In this document: positions 1 to 10,126 of the stretch, piece after piece
Numbering within the stretch: the first letter of the stretch is position 1
Layout: each line of letters opens with the position of its first letter
DNA from: an uncultured candidatus Porisulfidus sp.
GTDB lineage: Bacteria; Pseudomonadota; Gammaproteobacteria; Poriferisulfidales; Oxydemutatoraceae
Direction of reading: 5' to 3'
DNA: 64,000 nt
Assembly: GCA_965215125.1 (NCBI GenBank)
Contig: OZ244052.1
Coordinates: 1,120,001-1,184,000, forward strand
Program-made: the position numbers and the translations under genes
The notes under the pieces: model-generated
Told to the model about the DNA's origin: nothing
Database searches by the model: none
The model's input: the letters and a program-made list of their open reading frames with translations, nothing else

Positions 1-464
1 GTAAAATAACCCGAGCACTTGCTCGTATTAAAAATAACCTGCAAGACTATCTTGCTTTAGGCAACCTAGACGCACTGCGCGACTGGGGACACGCCCGAGA
101 TTATGTCGAGGCGCAATGGCTCATGCTCCAGCAAGACAAACCCAAAGATTATGTAATTGCACTGGGTGAGCAACGCTCGGTGCGGGAATTCGTCGAGGTC
201 GTCGCCGGACGCATGGATATGCAAATAGAATGGCAAGGTTCCGGGGTTGACGAGCAGGGTATAGACACTAAGACCGGAAAACTCGTTGTCAAGGTAGATC
301 CGCGATACTTTCGGCCCTTTGAACTGGAAGCCTTAAAAGGTGATGCCGTCCGTGCGCGCGCCGAACTAGGCTGGCAACCCAAAATCACTTTTGACGAACT
401 CGTAGACGAGATGGTAGAAGAAGATCTGAGGCTCGCAAAGTTTGAAAAACTCTCCCAACAATAA
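1..464 (+). CDS. gmd: GDP-mannose 4,6-dehydratase, C-terminal part (runs off the window start)
   Basis: Frame reads [10 protein letters not shown]...[35 protein letters not shown]...VDPRYFRP; directly upstream of fcl. Confidence 0.95.
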   Translation, partial: KITRALARIKNNLQDYLALGNLDALRDWGHARDYVEAQWLMLQQDKPKDYVIALGEQRSVREFVEVVAGRMDMQIEWQGSGVDEQGIDTKTGKLVVKVDPRYFRPFELEALKGDAVRARAELGWQPKITFDELVDEMVEEDLRLAKFEKLSQQ

Positions 465-480
465 CCCTGTAACATCACCG

Positions 481-1455
481 ATGATTAACAAAAATAGCAC
501 CGTTTATGTTGCCGGGCATACCGGCATGGTGGGTTCGGCAATTGTCAGAGCATTGGAAACACAAGGCTTTAAGCAACCGATTACCATCCCGCACAAACAA
601 CTGGATCTGTGCGATTCCTCGGCGGTGCGTCAATTCTTTCAATCAAACCCACTCGATTGTATCGTCGTTGCGGCAGCCCGTGTGGGTGGAATTTATGCAA
701 ACAATACCTATCCTGCCGAGTTTATACATCAGAACCTGATGATCGAGATAAATCTTATTCACGAAGCGTGGCAAGCCGGCATACAGAACCTGATCTTTCT
801 GGGAAGTTCGTGCATCTACCCACGCCAGGCCGAACAACCGATGTCGGAGGCGGCATTGCTGTCGGGGCATCTGGAAGCGACTAACGAGCCTTATGCGGTT
901 GCAAAAATCACCGGCATTAAACTATGCGAATCGTACAATCGGCAATACGGAACCGATTATCGCTCTCTGATGCCTCCTAATTTATACGGTCCGGGTGATA
1001 ATTTTCACCTAAAAAACAGCCATGTCTTGGCAGCGTTGGTGCGCCGCTTTCACGAGGCGGCAGCAAACGACTCGGATAAAATTGAGATTTGGGGAACCGG
1101 CAAGGTGAAGCGTGAATTCTTGCACGTTGATGATTTAGCCTCTGCATGTCTGTATATTATGCAAGTAAACAAAGCAAGCTATGACAAGCATATCTCTCCT
1201 CAACAATCGCACATCAATATTGGTTCGGGTGAGGAAATTACGATTGCCGATTGCGCCGCTTTAATTGCACAGATAGTCGGCTTCGAGGGCGAGATTGTCT
1301 ACGACACCTCAAAACCGGACGGCACACCGCGCAAGCTGATGGATGTTTCTTTGATACACCGCTTAGGCTGGCACCATAGTATCAGTCTTGCCGAAGGGTT
1401 GCCGTCGTTTTACCGGTGGTTTTTGGACCATCGCGAGCATTTTCGCGGCGAATAA
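481..1455 (+). CDS. fcl: GDP-L-fucose synthase
   Basis: [52 protein letters not shown]; ATG at 481 preferred over TTG at 442. Confidence 0.95.
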   Translation: MINKNSTVYVAGHTGMVGSAIVRALETQGFKQPITIPHKQLDLCDSSAVRQFFQSNPLDCIVVAAARVGGIYANNTYPAEFIHQNLMIEINLIHEAWQAGIQNLIFLGSSCIYPRQAEQPMSEAALLSGHLEATNEPYAVAKITGIKLCESYNRQYGTDYRSLMPPNLYGPGDNFHLKNSHVLAALVRRFHEAAANDSDKIEIWGTGKVKREFLHVDDLASACLYIMQVNKASYDKHISPQQSHINIGSGEEITIADCAALIAQIVGFEGEIVYDTSKPDGTPRKLMDVSLIHRLGWHHSISLAEGLPSFYRWFLDHREHFRGE

Positions 1456-1469
1456 GCTCACTTCTGAAC

Positions 1470-1649
1470 AAACTCAACCGCCACGCGCCACATAATTATG
1501 CAATCCATATGAGGGGCAGACTGATATGTCTGCCCGTAACGCGTTGCGCCTGCACAATTTATACATTCATCCATTTTATCCATGGAAACCATAATTGGAT
1601 GGCGCAAAGCGATTGGATTTGTGCTAGTACTAATTAAGGGCGGACAGAT
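1470..1649. repeat. Modular intergenic repeat containing REP-like palindromes
   Basis: GGGCAGAC-N-GTCTGCCC hairpin at about 1513-1535; 1551-1615 resembles 6815-6860 and the reverse complement of about 56365-56440; 1470-1500 resembles the reverse complement of about 34686-34718. Confidence 0.7.
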
Positions 1650-1687
1650 ATATTAAACCGCAGCTTATTTGATATAAGATAAACGCT

Positions 1688-1880
1688 TAGGTAGATGCAG
1701 TGCCTAGGAAGTCGGAGGAGACACGCTGCAGGACGGACAAGGCATTAAAGCCTGGTTGCATGAAAAGCACTCCTCCGGCGTTATGACTATAGAGCTCGAA
1801 AGGCATCTTGGGACTTTAGATCTCGTATTTATCTGTTTGAGCGGCGTAGTCATACTTTCCTAGACTTTGCTTGCTACCTA
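1688..1880 (+). ncRNA. Putative IS110 bridge RNA
   Basis: Nested stems TAGGTAG/CTACCTA, GTCGGAGGAG/CTCCTCCGGC and TATGACTAT/GTAGTCATA; loops carry GGACGGACA (target-like) and AAGGCATC (matches the element right end). Confidence 0.7.
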
Positions 1881-1920
1881 TTATTTCATTAACTCAACAA
1901 CCCATATGGAGAACATTATT

Positions 1921-2906
1921 ATGGAAAACAAACAACCCGTCACAATTGGCGTTGATGTCTCTAAAGAGACTTTAGAAACAGCTCTATTATTCACCGATAA
2001 TAGTTTTGCCGAGCAGCAATTCAGTAATGATGCCAAAGGCATTAAACAACTGTTATCTTGGGCTACCAGCATGGTGCGCAACAGTGTCGCCTCTGCGTTG
2101 AGGCAACCGGCGGTTTTGAGCTAGACCTGTGCATGGAAAGCTATGACCAACATCCCATCACGATTGTGCCACCTGTACAGGTCGCGAGCTACCGCAAAAC
2201 GCTGGGTATGCGTAATAAAACCGATGGCGTTGATGCGCAACTCATCGCACGCTTCGCATTTGCAGTCGGTGATATTCAAGACTGGGAACAGCCTACCGAA
2301 GCAGTATTCGCCTTGAGAGATACACTGAAATGGCGCCGGCAATTAACCAAGTCCCATACGCAGTTAAGCAACTGTGCAAAGACGCTGCGCAGTATGCAGC
2401 TCAAAAAGAAGGCAGCTGCAGAACTCGCTCACCTCCAGAAGCAAATCCATGAGTGTGACGCCTTACTTTACGAAATCATCGCTGAAGACGAACAACTCAC
2501 ACAGCAGTATCAATTGCTCTGCTCTATTACTGGAATCGGAACTCAAACCGCAGCCACCCTATGTGCAGCTTTTGATGATAATACGTTTCAACACCCAAAG
2601 CAACTTGCCGCCTATATCGGCATCACTCCGATGCGCAAGCAATCCGGCAACTACGAGGCGAAGGCGCACATCTCTAAAATTGGCGATGCACACCTGCGCA
2701 CCGCACTATTTATGGCGGCACTCTCGGCTTGGGTTCATAACCCAATCGTCCGTGCGTTCGCCGACCAGTTAAGCCGGCGGCGTCCGGAGTTAACTAAAAA
2801 GCAGGTTATTGTTGCTTGCGCCCATAAACTGACGCGTATCATTTACGGAATACTCAAGCACAAGAAACCGTTTGACCCGAATTATTGTTGCGTATCTGCG
2901 TCCTAA
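1921..2906 (+). pseudogene. IS110-family recombinase with a frameshift near 2065
   Basis: IGVDVSK in ORF 1867-2124; CVEATGG, KTDGVDA, GIG and QSG motifs in ORF 2058-2906; the two halves are in different frames. Confidence 0.9.
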
Positions 2907-3037
2907 ATTGATACTCAGAAGAGGAGATAGAAAAAGATAAAAAACGAATAAAATAACTTGACTTTTAATAAGGCATCATGCCAATCCGCCCCTACGGTGC
3001 ATAAAATACTTTTTCAACAGCCCCAAAGGGAATATAC

Positions 3038-3940
3038 TCAAATCAATAAACCGACATAGCGATCAACGAGCAAGGCCGTGAACAGCAACATGATGTAGAC
3101 GATGGAAAATCCGAATGTTTCCATCGCTTTATTCGGGGTGCGATTTATCCTCAAAACCAAGCCATAATATATAAACACCCCATTCAGCAGTGTTGCCGAG
3201 AATAAATACACCGGTCCCGACAAACCGGTCACATAGGGAAGCATCGTAACCAGTGTCAACAGAATGATATAGAGCAGTATCTGCAGGCGGGTAAAATCTT
3301 CACCGTGCGTGACCGGTAGCATCGGTACCCCGGCTGCGGCGTATTCTTTTTTTCTGCACATCGCAAGTGCCCAAAAATGCGGTGGTGTCCAAACAAAAAC
3401 GATTAGAAATAATAAAAATGCGCCGAAGTCCAACTGCCCGGTGGCAGCCGTCCAACCAAGCATCGGTGGTGTCGCACCGGCAGCACCGCCGATAACGATG
3501 TTTTGCGGCGTTGCGTATTTTAAGAAGCGCGTATAGACGACCGCATAGCCGACCAGCGAGAGCAGGGTTAATGCTGCGGTGAGTATGTTGACCCAAAGTA
3601 CCAATATCAATGTGCCCACGGTGCCGATTACCCCGGCAAAAGTCAATACTTCGCGTGCCGATAGTGCGCCGCTGGGTAGCGGACGATTTCGGGTACGCTG
3701 CATCAGTGCGTCTATTCTATGATCGGCAACATGATTGATGGCGGCAGCGGCGGCGGACACCAACGCAATGCCGGTCATCGCCGCAAGCATCGTATTAAAC
3801 GACAAGGTCAAGGGTGCGGCAATCAACATGCCGACCAACGCAGTGAACAGCATTACCGCAACCACCTTGGGTTTGCATACCTCAAAATAATTTCCGACAC
3901 GAAGCCGTGTTGCATCGATTTGTAGTGTGGAAAAAGTCAT
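3038..3940 (-). CDS. cyoE: Protoheme IX farnesyltransferase (heme O synthase)
   Basis: DALMQRTRNRPLPSG, QNIVIGGAAGA, WTPPHFWALA. Confidence 0.95.
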   Translation of the reverse strand: MTFSTLQIDATRLRVGNYFEVCKPKVVAVMLFTALVGMLIAAPLTLSFNTMLAAMTGIALVSAAAAAINHVADHRIDALMQRTRNRPLPSGALSAREVLTFAGVIGTVGTLILVLWVNILTAALTLLSLVGYAVVYTRFLKYATPQNIVIGGAAGATPPMLGWTAATGQLDFGAFLLFLIVFVWTPPHFWALAMCRKKEYAAAGVPMLPVTHGEDFTRLQILLYIILLTLVTMLPYVTGLSGPVYLFSATLLNGVFIYYGLVLRINRTPNKAMETFGFSIVYIMLLFTALLVDRYVGLLI

Positions 3941-3958
3941 CGTATCTTAGCTTTTGGA

Positions 3959-4939
3959 CTATGATTTTAGCACGCGCAACAAGAGCAATAACGATAAAAG
4001 CAACAGTGCGGCGACCGCATTATGCAAGACCGCAACAGCCAACGGCAAAGAAAATACGATATTTGAAATGCCCAGCACTATTTGAACAACCAGCAGGGCT
4101 GCAATGCCGAGTGCAACCCGCCGCACCAGTACCGAGCCTTGAGCGAACAGTTTTGCCAAAAAAACTACAAAGAACACCGCTACAATCAATGCACCCAAGC
4201 GGTGAGAAAAATGTATTGCGGTGCGTTGCGGGCTATCCAATACACCGTATTCATAGTTTTGTTCGTCAACCAAAAACCGAAACGCCCCGCGATAATCGGC
4301 ATCGGGTACCCACAAACCCTGACACAACGGAAAATCGATACAGGCGAGTGCCGCATAATTGGAACTTGTCCAGCCGCCGAGCGTAATTTGCATAAGCAAC
4401 AAAACTAACGCAACTAAGGTGATTTTATAAAAGGTTTTATTGGGAACGGTTGCCTGTTTCGGCTCAAACCATCGGTCTAGGTACAGCCACCACAATAATG
4501 AAAGCACCGCAAAGCCTCCCAGTAAATGGGCAACAACGACGAGCGGTTGCAATAACAGCGTGACCGTCCACATGCCTAACAATGCTTGAAAGGTAACCAA
4601 GCCGAGCAGAAACAGCATCAAACCTCGGCGCTGCTTGGCTGTGATAAATGCCAACGCGGTTAGCATTAGGATGATTAAACCCAGCCCGCCGGCAAAGTAG
4701 CGATGCACCATTTCAATCCATGCCTTATCAACCTCGACACGCCAACCGGGGTAAGCCTGTTCGGCTTTTTCTATCTCGGCAGGTTGTTCGGGAACCCCCA
4801 GCAACTGTCCGTAGCACCCCGGCCAATCGGGACAACCCAATCCGGCATCGCTAAGGCGCGTATACGCCCCCAACACGATAACCACCATCGTCAGCACCAA
4901 TGCGATGCCGACACCTTTTAAGAAATAAGATGTATTCAT
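3959..4939 (-). CDS. ctaA: Heme A synthase (COX15/CtaA)
   Basis: GAYTRLSDAGLGCPDWPGCYG, EMVHR, AHLLGG, CIDFPLC. Confidence 0.93.
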   Translation of the reverse strand: MNTSYFLKGVGIALVLTMVVIVLGAYTRLSDAGLGCPDWPGCYGQLLGVPEQPAEIEKAEQAYPGWRVEVDKAWIEMVHRYFAGGLGLIILMLTALAFITAKQRRGLMLFLLGLVTFQALLGMWTVTLLLQPLVVVAHLLGGFAVLSLLWWLYLDRWFEPKQATVPNKTFYKITLVALVLLLMQITLGGWTSSNYAALACIDFPLCQGLWVPDADYRGAFRFLVDEQNYEYGVLDSPQRTAIHFSHRLGALIVAVFFVVFLAKLFAQGSVLVRRVALGIAALLVVQIVLGISNIVFSLPLAVAVLHNAVAALLLLSLLLLLRVLKS

Positions 4940-5535
4940 TAACCGATTTTGGAGGCTTTCAGTAGACGCTTAAAATCCTTGATGATGTCTCGCGAATAAG
5001 CATCGGGTAGGTAGAACATGACTAAATTGCCAAAGGGATCTGCAATATAAACTTGGTTTTGCCGAAATTGCGGTGCTTGTGCGCGCACATCTGCGGTATC
5101 TTCTATCCGATACACCGAAAGTGCCGGATATTGAAGCAATAATCGGTTTAACTCGGCATCGGGTTGCTGTGCATCGGCAAGCAAATAGACGGTGCGCACG
5201 CGGGCGGCATCGCGCCCTAGAACCAATCTCGCCTGGCGCATCTTGAACAAACTCGCTTGACAATGAAGATCACACGCTCGGGTGCCGTGAAACACTAGTA
5301 ACCAACGACCGTCGAGCAACGGTGCGCCTTTTGCATCGGTTGTTTGATCGTCCTTTATTAAATCAAAATTTTCGGAATCAAGCACCTGTCCGGATGACAA
5401 CAACTGACCGCGCTCGGTAGAACCGAATTCAAACCAATCTTGCCCGAAATAAAGCACCGACGCAATCAATAAAGGGCCGGCGAATGCCGAAAATATGCCG
5501 ATTAACTTCAGCCGTGATAATCGCTTATTGTTCAT
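4939..5535 (-). CDS. Membrane-anchored thioredoxin-like/SCO-like cytochrome oxidase assembly protein
   Basis: N-terminal TM, CDLHC motif, YIADPFGNLVM; usual position between SURF1 and ctaA. Confidence 0.7.
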   Translation of the reverse strand: MNNKRLSRLKLIGIFSAFAGPLLIASVLYFGQDWFEFGSTERGQLLSSGQVLDSENFDLIKDDQTTDAKGAPLLDGRWLLVFHGTRACDLHCQASLFKMRQARLVLGRDAARVRTVYLLADAQQPDAELNRLLLQYPALSVYRIEDTADVRAQAPQFRQNQVYIADPFGNLVMFYLPDAYSRDIIKDFKRLLKASKIG

Positions 5536-6253
5536 CGCTACGTTTGATGTTGAGCACCAACAGCAAAATCATCGGCACCGCCGCCAGTGCAAACCATTGC
5601 ACCGCATAAGCCAAATGCTTGTCGGCGGACATGGCAATGAGCGACCATTCTCTTTTATAACCACCCGTTTGTTGTGGAGACAGGCGCACAACCATAGGCA
5701 AAAGCGGGGTTCCCAGCAAATCACCGAGTGCCTTGAAATCTAGATATTGAACGATGCGCGGCCAACCAACCTCGCCGATTGTCGCACCACCGAGCGCAAA
5801 CGGTTCTCCGAACGGCACATAGATCGTGCCGATTATCGTCTCGGGGTCGGTGGTCAGGCGAACATCGGGCAAGTCCTCACGCCGAGCACCCATAGCAACC
5901 CAGCCTCGGTCGACCAACACCGTGTTGCCGTCTTCCAACGCCATCGGTGTCAATACATTGAAGCCGACCCGTCCGCCCGAGATCTGGTTGTCCAACAGAA
6001 ACTGCCGCTCGGCAAGTAATCGCCCGTCGAGCTGTACCTGACGATAACGCCATTCTTCCAAATCGGCAGTTGCCGGAGGCAGTTTATCGATCGCAGGCGC
6101 GGCTTGCCTTTGCTGATACTGCGCAATAATCTCCTCCTTTTGATGCATGCGATCAATCTGCCACCGTCCCAAACCGGCAAAAAGTGCGGACAGAAATATA
6201 GCCGATAATAGTACCAAAAGCGGTGGAGAAAACTGATAATGACCTAATTTCAT
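5525..6253 (-). CDS. SURF1 family protein
   Basis: LGRWQIDR, VLVDRGWV, HLAYAVQWF. Confidence 0.93.
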   Translation of the reverse strand: MKLGHYQFSPPLLVLLSAIFLSALFAGLGRWQIDRMHQKEEIIAQYQQRQAAPAIDKLPPATADLEEWRYRQVQLDGRLLAERQFLLDNQISGGRVGFNVLTPMALEDGNTVLVDRGWVAMGARREDLPDVRLTTDPETIIGTIYVPFGEPFALGGATIGEVGWPRIVQYLDFKALGDLLGTPLLPMVVRLSPQQTGGYKREWSLIAMSADKHLAYAVQWFALAAVPMILLLVLNIKRSDEQ

Positions 6254-6301
6254 GACGAGATAGTATAATATGTGTATAGTAATTACTATATTTGACGCGT
6301 T

Positions 6302-6514
6302 ATGTGGGTAAAAATAATTCTTTTATTCTTGTTTGTAGGAATCGTCGTAAGCCTAGGTGCGGCACTCTTTTCCATGATGAGAGACAAGGGGCAAGGTAAA
6401 AAAACCGTCAATGCCTTAACTGCGCGGGTGATATTGTCTATCATTGTGTTTTTCTTACTGGTACTGAGCTATGGAATGGGTTGGATACAACCCCACGGCA
6501 TTGTGCCGATGTGA
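6302..6514 (+). CDS. Twin transmembrane helix small protein (DUF2909-like)
   Basis: Two TM helices, SLGAALFSM, ALTARV, GWIQPHG; divergent from SURF1 as is usual in cox clusters. Confidence 0.85.
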   Translation: MWVKIILLFLFVGIVVSLGAALFSMMRDKGQGKKTVNALTARVILSIIVFFLLVLSYGMGWIQPHGIVPM

Positions 6515-6598
6515 GTGTGCGGTTAATTTACCGCACGACATCACCCGAGGCTGCCGAAGAATAGCACCGCAATCTAACCGACATGCGTAGGGATGGAC

Positions 6599-6820
6599 CA
6601 TTCCCCTCCTGTGGAGGGGTGGCAGGCGCAGCCTGACGGGGTGGTTGTGTCGTATCTGCACGCGTGTAGTATCGGTACATTCCCCTCCTGTGGAGGGGTG
6701 GCAGGCGTAGCCTGACGGGGTGGTCGCAGCGTATTCTGCACGCGTGTAGTATCGGTACATTCCCCTCCTTCGGAGGGGTGGCAGGCGTAGCCTGACGGGG
6801 TGGTTGTGTCGTATCTGCAC
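6599..6820. repeat. Tandem array of about 2.8 copies of a 79-80 bp palindromic unit
   Basis: Units begin at 6599, 6678 and 6758: CATTCCCCTCC-N3-GGAGGGGTGGCAGGCG(C/T)AGCCTGACGGGGTGG; partial copies at about 34617-34646 and, inverted, about 58011-58040. Confidence 0.95.
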
Positions 6821-7722
6821 TATTGTGTACATTCATCCATTTGATCTATGGAAGCCATACATCTGTCCTTACAAATTTTTATATATTCTTTGTCCGTTTC
6901 ATAGCCAATGAAAAATCGGTTGCTTCTGCCGGCAGCGATCGCCGTGGTGCCACTACCGATAAACGGATCCAAGACAACATCTTTTTTATATGTGAACAAC
7001 TGTATGAAGCGATAAGGAAGTTCTACGGGAAAGGGGGCTGGATGCCGTACTTTCCTTGCGCTTTCGGCATTGAAGTGCCAAACGCTTTTGGTATATTCAA
7101 GGAATTGTTCTTTGGTTATCGTCGGTATCTTTGTAACTTGCGGCGGTTTCGGTCTGTTAAAAGAATTTTTACAAAAGACAAGTATATACTCGTGGGTATC
7201 GCGCAATACCGGGTTGGATGGCGACTGCCAGCTACCCCAAGCACACGAAGTCCCGGCCGATGACTGCTTATCCCAGATGATCTCTCCGCGCATCAGAAAA
7301 CCGGTACTGAGCATCTCCGAAGTAATATATGCACTCAACGGGATATAGGGTTTTCTACCCACATTTGCGATATTGATGCACGCCCTGCCGCCGTCAACCA
7401 ATACGCGATAAACTTCTTGCCATACACGGCGCAACATTTCCAGATATTCACCGGTCGTTAAATCGTCGTCGTACTCCTTGCCGACATTGTAAGGGGGTGA
7501 AGTGACCATCAGGTGGATGCTGTTGTCGGGCAATTCACTCATATTCTCACTTGACTTGTGATAGATCTTGTCTCTCTCTGTGCGTTTAATTATTCGCTCC
7601 TTAGCAGGCAGTTTGCCGTTTTCCAACGGTGTGTGTCCAAGATATTTTCTGCTGTTGTAAAAGGCCGAGGCATCGTGCCCGATGCGGCTGCCTACACCAA
7701 ATTTACTGGTTTTTGTTCTCAT
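6820..7722 (-). CDS. Site-specific DNA methyltransferase, N4-C/N6-A beta class
   Basis: VTSPPY precedes VLDPFIGSGTT; HPAPFP. Confidence 0.93.
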   Translation of the reverse strand: MRTKTSKFGVGSRIGHDASAFYNSRKYLGHTPLENGKLPAKERIIKRTERDKIYHKSSENMSELPDNSIHLMVTSPPYNVGKEYDDDLTTGEYLEMLRRVWQEVYRVLVDGGRACINIANVGRKPYIPLSAYITSEMLSTGFLMRGEIIWDKQSSAGTSCAWGSWQSPSNPVLRDTHEYILVFCKNSFNRPKPPQVTKIPTITKEQFLEYTKSVWHFNAESARKVRHPAPFPVELPYRFIQLFTYKKDVVLDPFIGSGTTAIAAGRSNRFFIGYETDKEYIKICKDRCMASIDQMDECTQ

Positions 7723-7908
7723 CGTATTAATATACCAATTTTGGGAACTCTATATTTAACTTCCATGTTTTCGTGTGATCTTTTAGCATGTCATTGAGAA
7801 TTATATACTATTCTGTACGGAGTTTTATGATATGTTATTATTCCCACATGGGAAGTTTTGAATATGAAAAAAGCGTCGCAAAAATCTTAATCTATTTGAT
7901 TCGCAGAA

Positions 7909-8733
7909 GTGAAAAATAAAAAATTTATCGACAAAATAGCTCTCGGAGACTCGATGAAGCTATTAAAAGAACTAGACGCAAACTCTGTTGATTTAATTAT
8001 TACATCACCACCTTACTTCGGGTGTCGGGAATATGGCAACGAGACTATCGGCAGAGAGGATAACCCTTTAATTTATGTAGATACCTTCTTAAAATTTACT
8101 CCTTTGATAAGGCAAGTACTCTCTCCCACCGGCTCTTTTTATCTAAATATCGGCGACATTTACTTCGGTACAAAAGGCTTTTCTAGGAATACCGGTAAGT
8201 ATATGCGCGCCACCGATACCCACTATAAGGAACATAAAATTTGTAAGCAAGACGGCAAGGTTCTGCAATATAAACAGCTACTTATGCTTCCGTCTCGGGT
8301 GGCGATAGGGATGCAAGAGCAAGGATGGTTACTTCGTAATGATATCATTTGGCACAAACCCAATGCGATTCCTTCTTTCTCAAAAGACAGACGCTTACCT
8401 CGCTATGAGCATATTTTCCATTTTGTGAAAAGCCCGAAGTATTTTTTTGATTATGAAAGCGCAAAAGCAATGGACTTTCATCGTGATATTTTTAATCAGA
8501 ATGTCAAGCCGTTCAAAGAGCATAAAGCGTCATTCCCCGTTGAAATGATCGAAAGATTGATACTCACAACTTCTCAAAAAGGAGATGTTGTATTAGACCC
8601 ATTTATGGGAAGTGGTACTACGGCAGTGGCTGCTGCAAAACATGATCGGCGTTATATCGGGTTTGAAATCAATCCCGAATATGTTGCCCTCTCGCGAAAA
8701 AGGACTAAGCAATGGGTTGGGCTGAAAATTTAA
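7909..8733 (+). CDS. Site-specific DNA methyltransferase, N4-C/N6-A beta class
   Basis: ITSPPY, LRNDIIWHKPN, HKASFP, VLDPFMGSGTT. Confidence 0.93.
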   Translation: MKNKKFIDKIALGDSMKLLKELDANSVDLIITSPPYFGCREYGNETIGREDNPLIYVDTFLKFTPLIRQVLSPTGSFYLNIGDIYFGTKGFSRNTGKYMRATDTHYKEHKICKQDGKVLQYKQLLMLPSRVAIGMQEQGWLLRNDIIWHKPNAIPSFSKDRRLPRYEHIFHFVKSPKYFFDYESAKAMDFHRDIFNQNVKPFKEHKASFPVEMIERLILTTSQKGDVVLDPFMGSGTTAVAAAKHDRRYIGFEINPEYVALSRKRTKQWVGLKI

Positions 8734-9170
8734 CCAATATTGAAGTTGGAATATTTCGAACGATGAACGGCAATGCCAATGAGTTAATCGGCGTTGGGCG
8801 TATTATTAAGGCAGGTTTTCCCTGTTCACGAGTGGATGTTACCAATGCTAAATATGATGCGGTGGTTGATTTAGGCGGTCAAAAGAAACTATTGCGGATA
8901 CAGATAAAAGGCATTCGCAAGGGAGGCACATTTAGTTTCATGGGAGGATTTCGCAGCGGCAAACAATTTGATAAGGATATGGAGAAAAGAGATTATAAGT
9001 ACACCATTGACGATTGTGATATATTGGTTGGCGTAGATAGCGATAATGGCGACTGCTATATTATTCCTGTACACGATGTCTCTGATTGGGGTAAAGCAAA
9101 ATCAGTTAGCCTTCTTGATTCTTATAGAGAGAACTGGGATGTTTTTTTAGATATCGCAAAAGAAAAATGA
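8712..9170 (+). CDS. Small PD-(D/E)XK-type endonuclease
   Basis: E...KYDAVVD...RIQIKG catalytic pattern; DCDILVGVD...YIIP; overlaps the MTase stop. Confidence 0.75.
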   Translation: MGWAENLTNIEVGIFRTMNGNANELIGVGRIIKAGFPCSRVDVTNAKYDAVVDLGGQKKLLRIQIKGIRKGGTFSFMGGFRSGKQFDKDMEKRDYKYTIDDCDILVGVDSDNGDCYIIPVHDVSDWGKAKSVSLLDSYRENWDVFLDIAKEK

Positions 9171-9235
9171 ACCTAAAAATCCATAAAAAACCAGTAGTAT
9201 AGTAAGAATAAAAACGAACTTTTGCCGTTTTGTCG

Positions 9236-10105
9236 CTAAACCCAATAAACAAAAACAAATAGTCCCAGCCAAACCACATCGACGAAGTGCCAATACCATG
9301 CGGCAGCCTCAAAAGCAAAATGCTTTCGCGGTGTGAAATGTCCGGAAATACTGCGGATCAATATGACCAACAAGATGATCGCGCCTAAGGTGACATGCAA
9401 GCCATGAAAGCCGGTTAGCATAAAGAAAGTGGAACCATAAATACCCGACTTCAGGGTTAGGTTCAAATCGTTATACGCATGTATATATTCGTATGCCTGA
9501 AAGCCGACAAAAAGGAAGCCCAACGCAACGGTCAAGAATAAACCCCAAATCAGTACTTTGCGGTTGTCCGATTTTAAGCCGTGATGCGCCCAGGTGACCG
9601 TCGCACCGCTGGTTAGCAAGATCAGGGTGTTCAATGCCGGAATTCCCCACGCCCCTATAGTCTGAAACCCACCACCGATACTCGCCGGTCCGTTCGCCGC
9701 CATCGGCCATAGTGCTTCAAATGCCGGCCACAGATAAAAGTTGGTCGCAGCCCCGGTAGCCTCGCCGCCCAACCACGGTAGCGAGAACATCCGCGCATAG
9801 AACAGGGCACCGAAAAAAGCTGCGAAAAACATCACCTCGGAGAAAATAAACCATGTCATTCCCCAGCGAAACGAGATATCTACCTGATCGTTATAGGTGC
9901 CCGATTCGCTTTCTTTTATCACCGTGCCGAACCAACCGAACAACATGATTAAAAGCATCGCCGCCCCCAACCCCATCAGCGGCAACCCGATAGAACTCTC
10001 GTTGAGAAGTGCCGATGTGCCGATGAAAAGGCTCGCCAAAGCAACCGACCCGACAATCGGCCAGTGGCTACCGTGTGGAATATAATACGCTGTTTGTGTG
10101 CTCAT
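9236..10105 (-). CDS. coxC: Cytochrome c oxidase subunit III
   Basis: FIFSEVMFF, TGFHGLHV, AWYWHFVDVVW. Confidence 0.96.
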   Translation of the reverse strand: MSTQTAYYIPHGSHWPIVGSVALASLFIGTSALLNESSIGLPLMGLGAAMLLIMLFGWFGTVIKESESGTYNDQVDISFRWGMTWFIFSEVMFFAAFFGALFYARMFSLPWLGGEATGAATNFYLWPAFEALWPMAANGPASIGGGFQTIGAWGIPALNTLILLTSGATVTWAHHGLKSDNRKVLIWGLFLTVALGFLFVGFQAYEYIHAYNDLNLTLKSGIYGSTFFMLTGFHGLHVTLGAIILLVILIRSISGHFTPRKHFAFEAAAWYWHFVDVVWLGLFVFVYWV

Positions 10106-10126
10106 AAGTGTCTCCCTGTTTTCTGC

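Larger units (their letters stand above)
1650..2979 (+). mobile_element. IS110-family insertion sequence inserted in a GTAG-type REP palindrome
   Basis: Joining the flanks restores GGGCGGA-N-TCCGCCCCTAC; AT dinucleotide at both junctions; no TIRs; exact left boundary ambiguous within ATATAT (1648-1653). Confidence 0.8.

Noticed and set aside
6599-6820. Possible CRISPR array serving the orphan Cas6
   Set aside because: Whole 79-80 bp units are near-identical with no unique spacers; it is a tandem palindromic repeat
6455-6836. ORFs 6455-6832 and 6528-6836 with repeated peptides
   Set aside because: Translations of the DNA repeat with no protein-like signal
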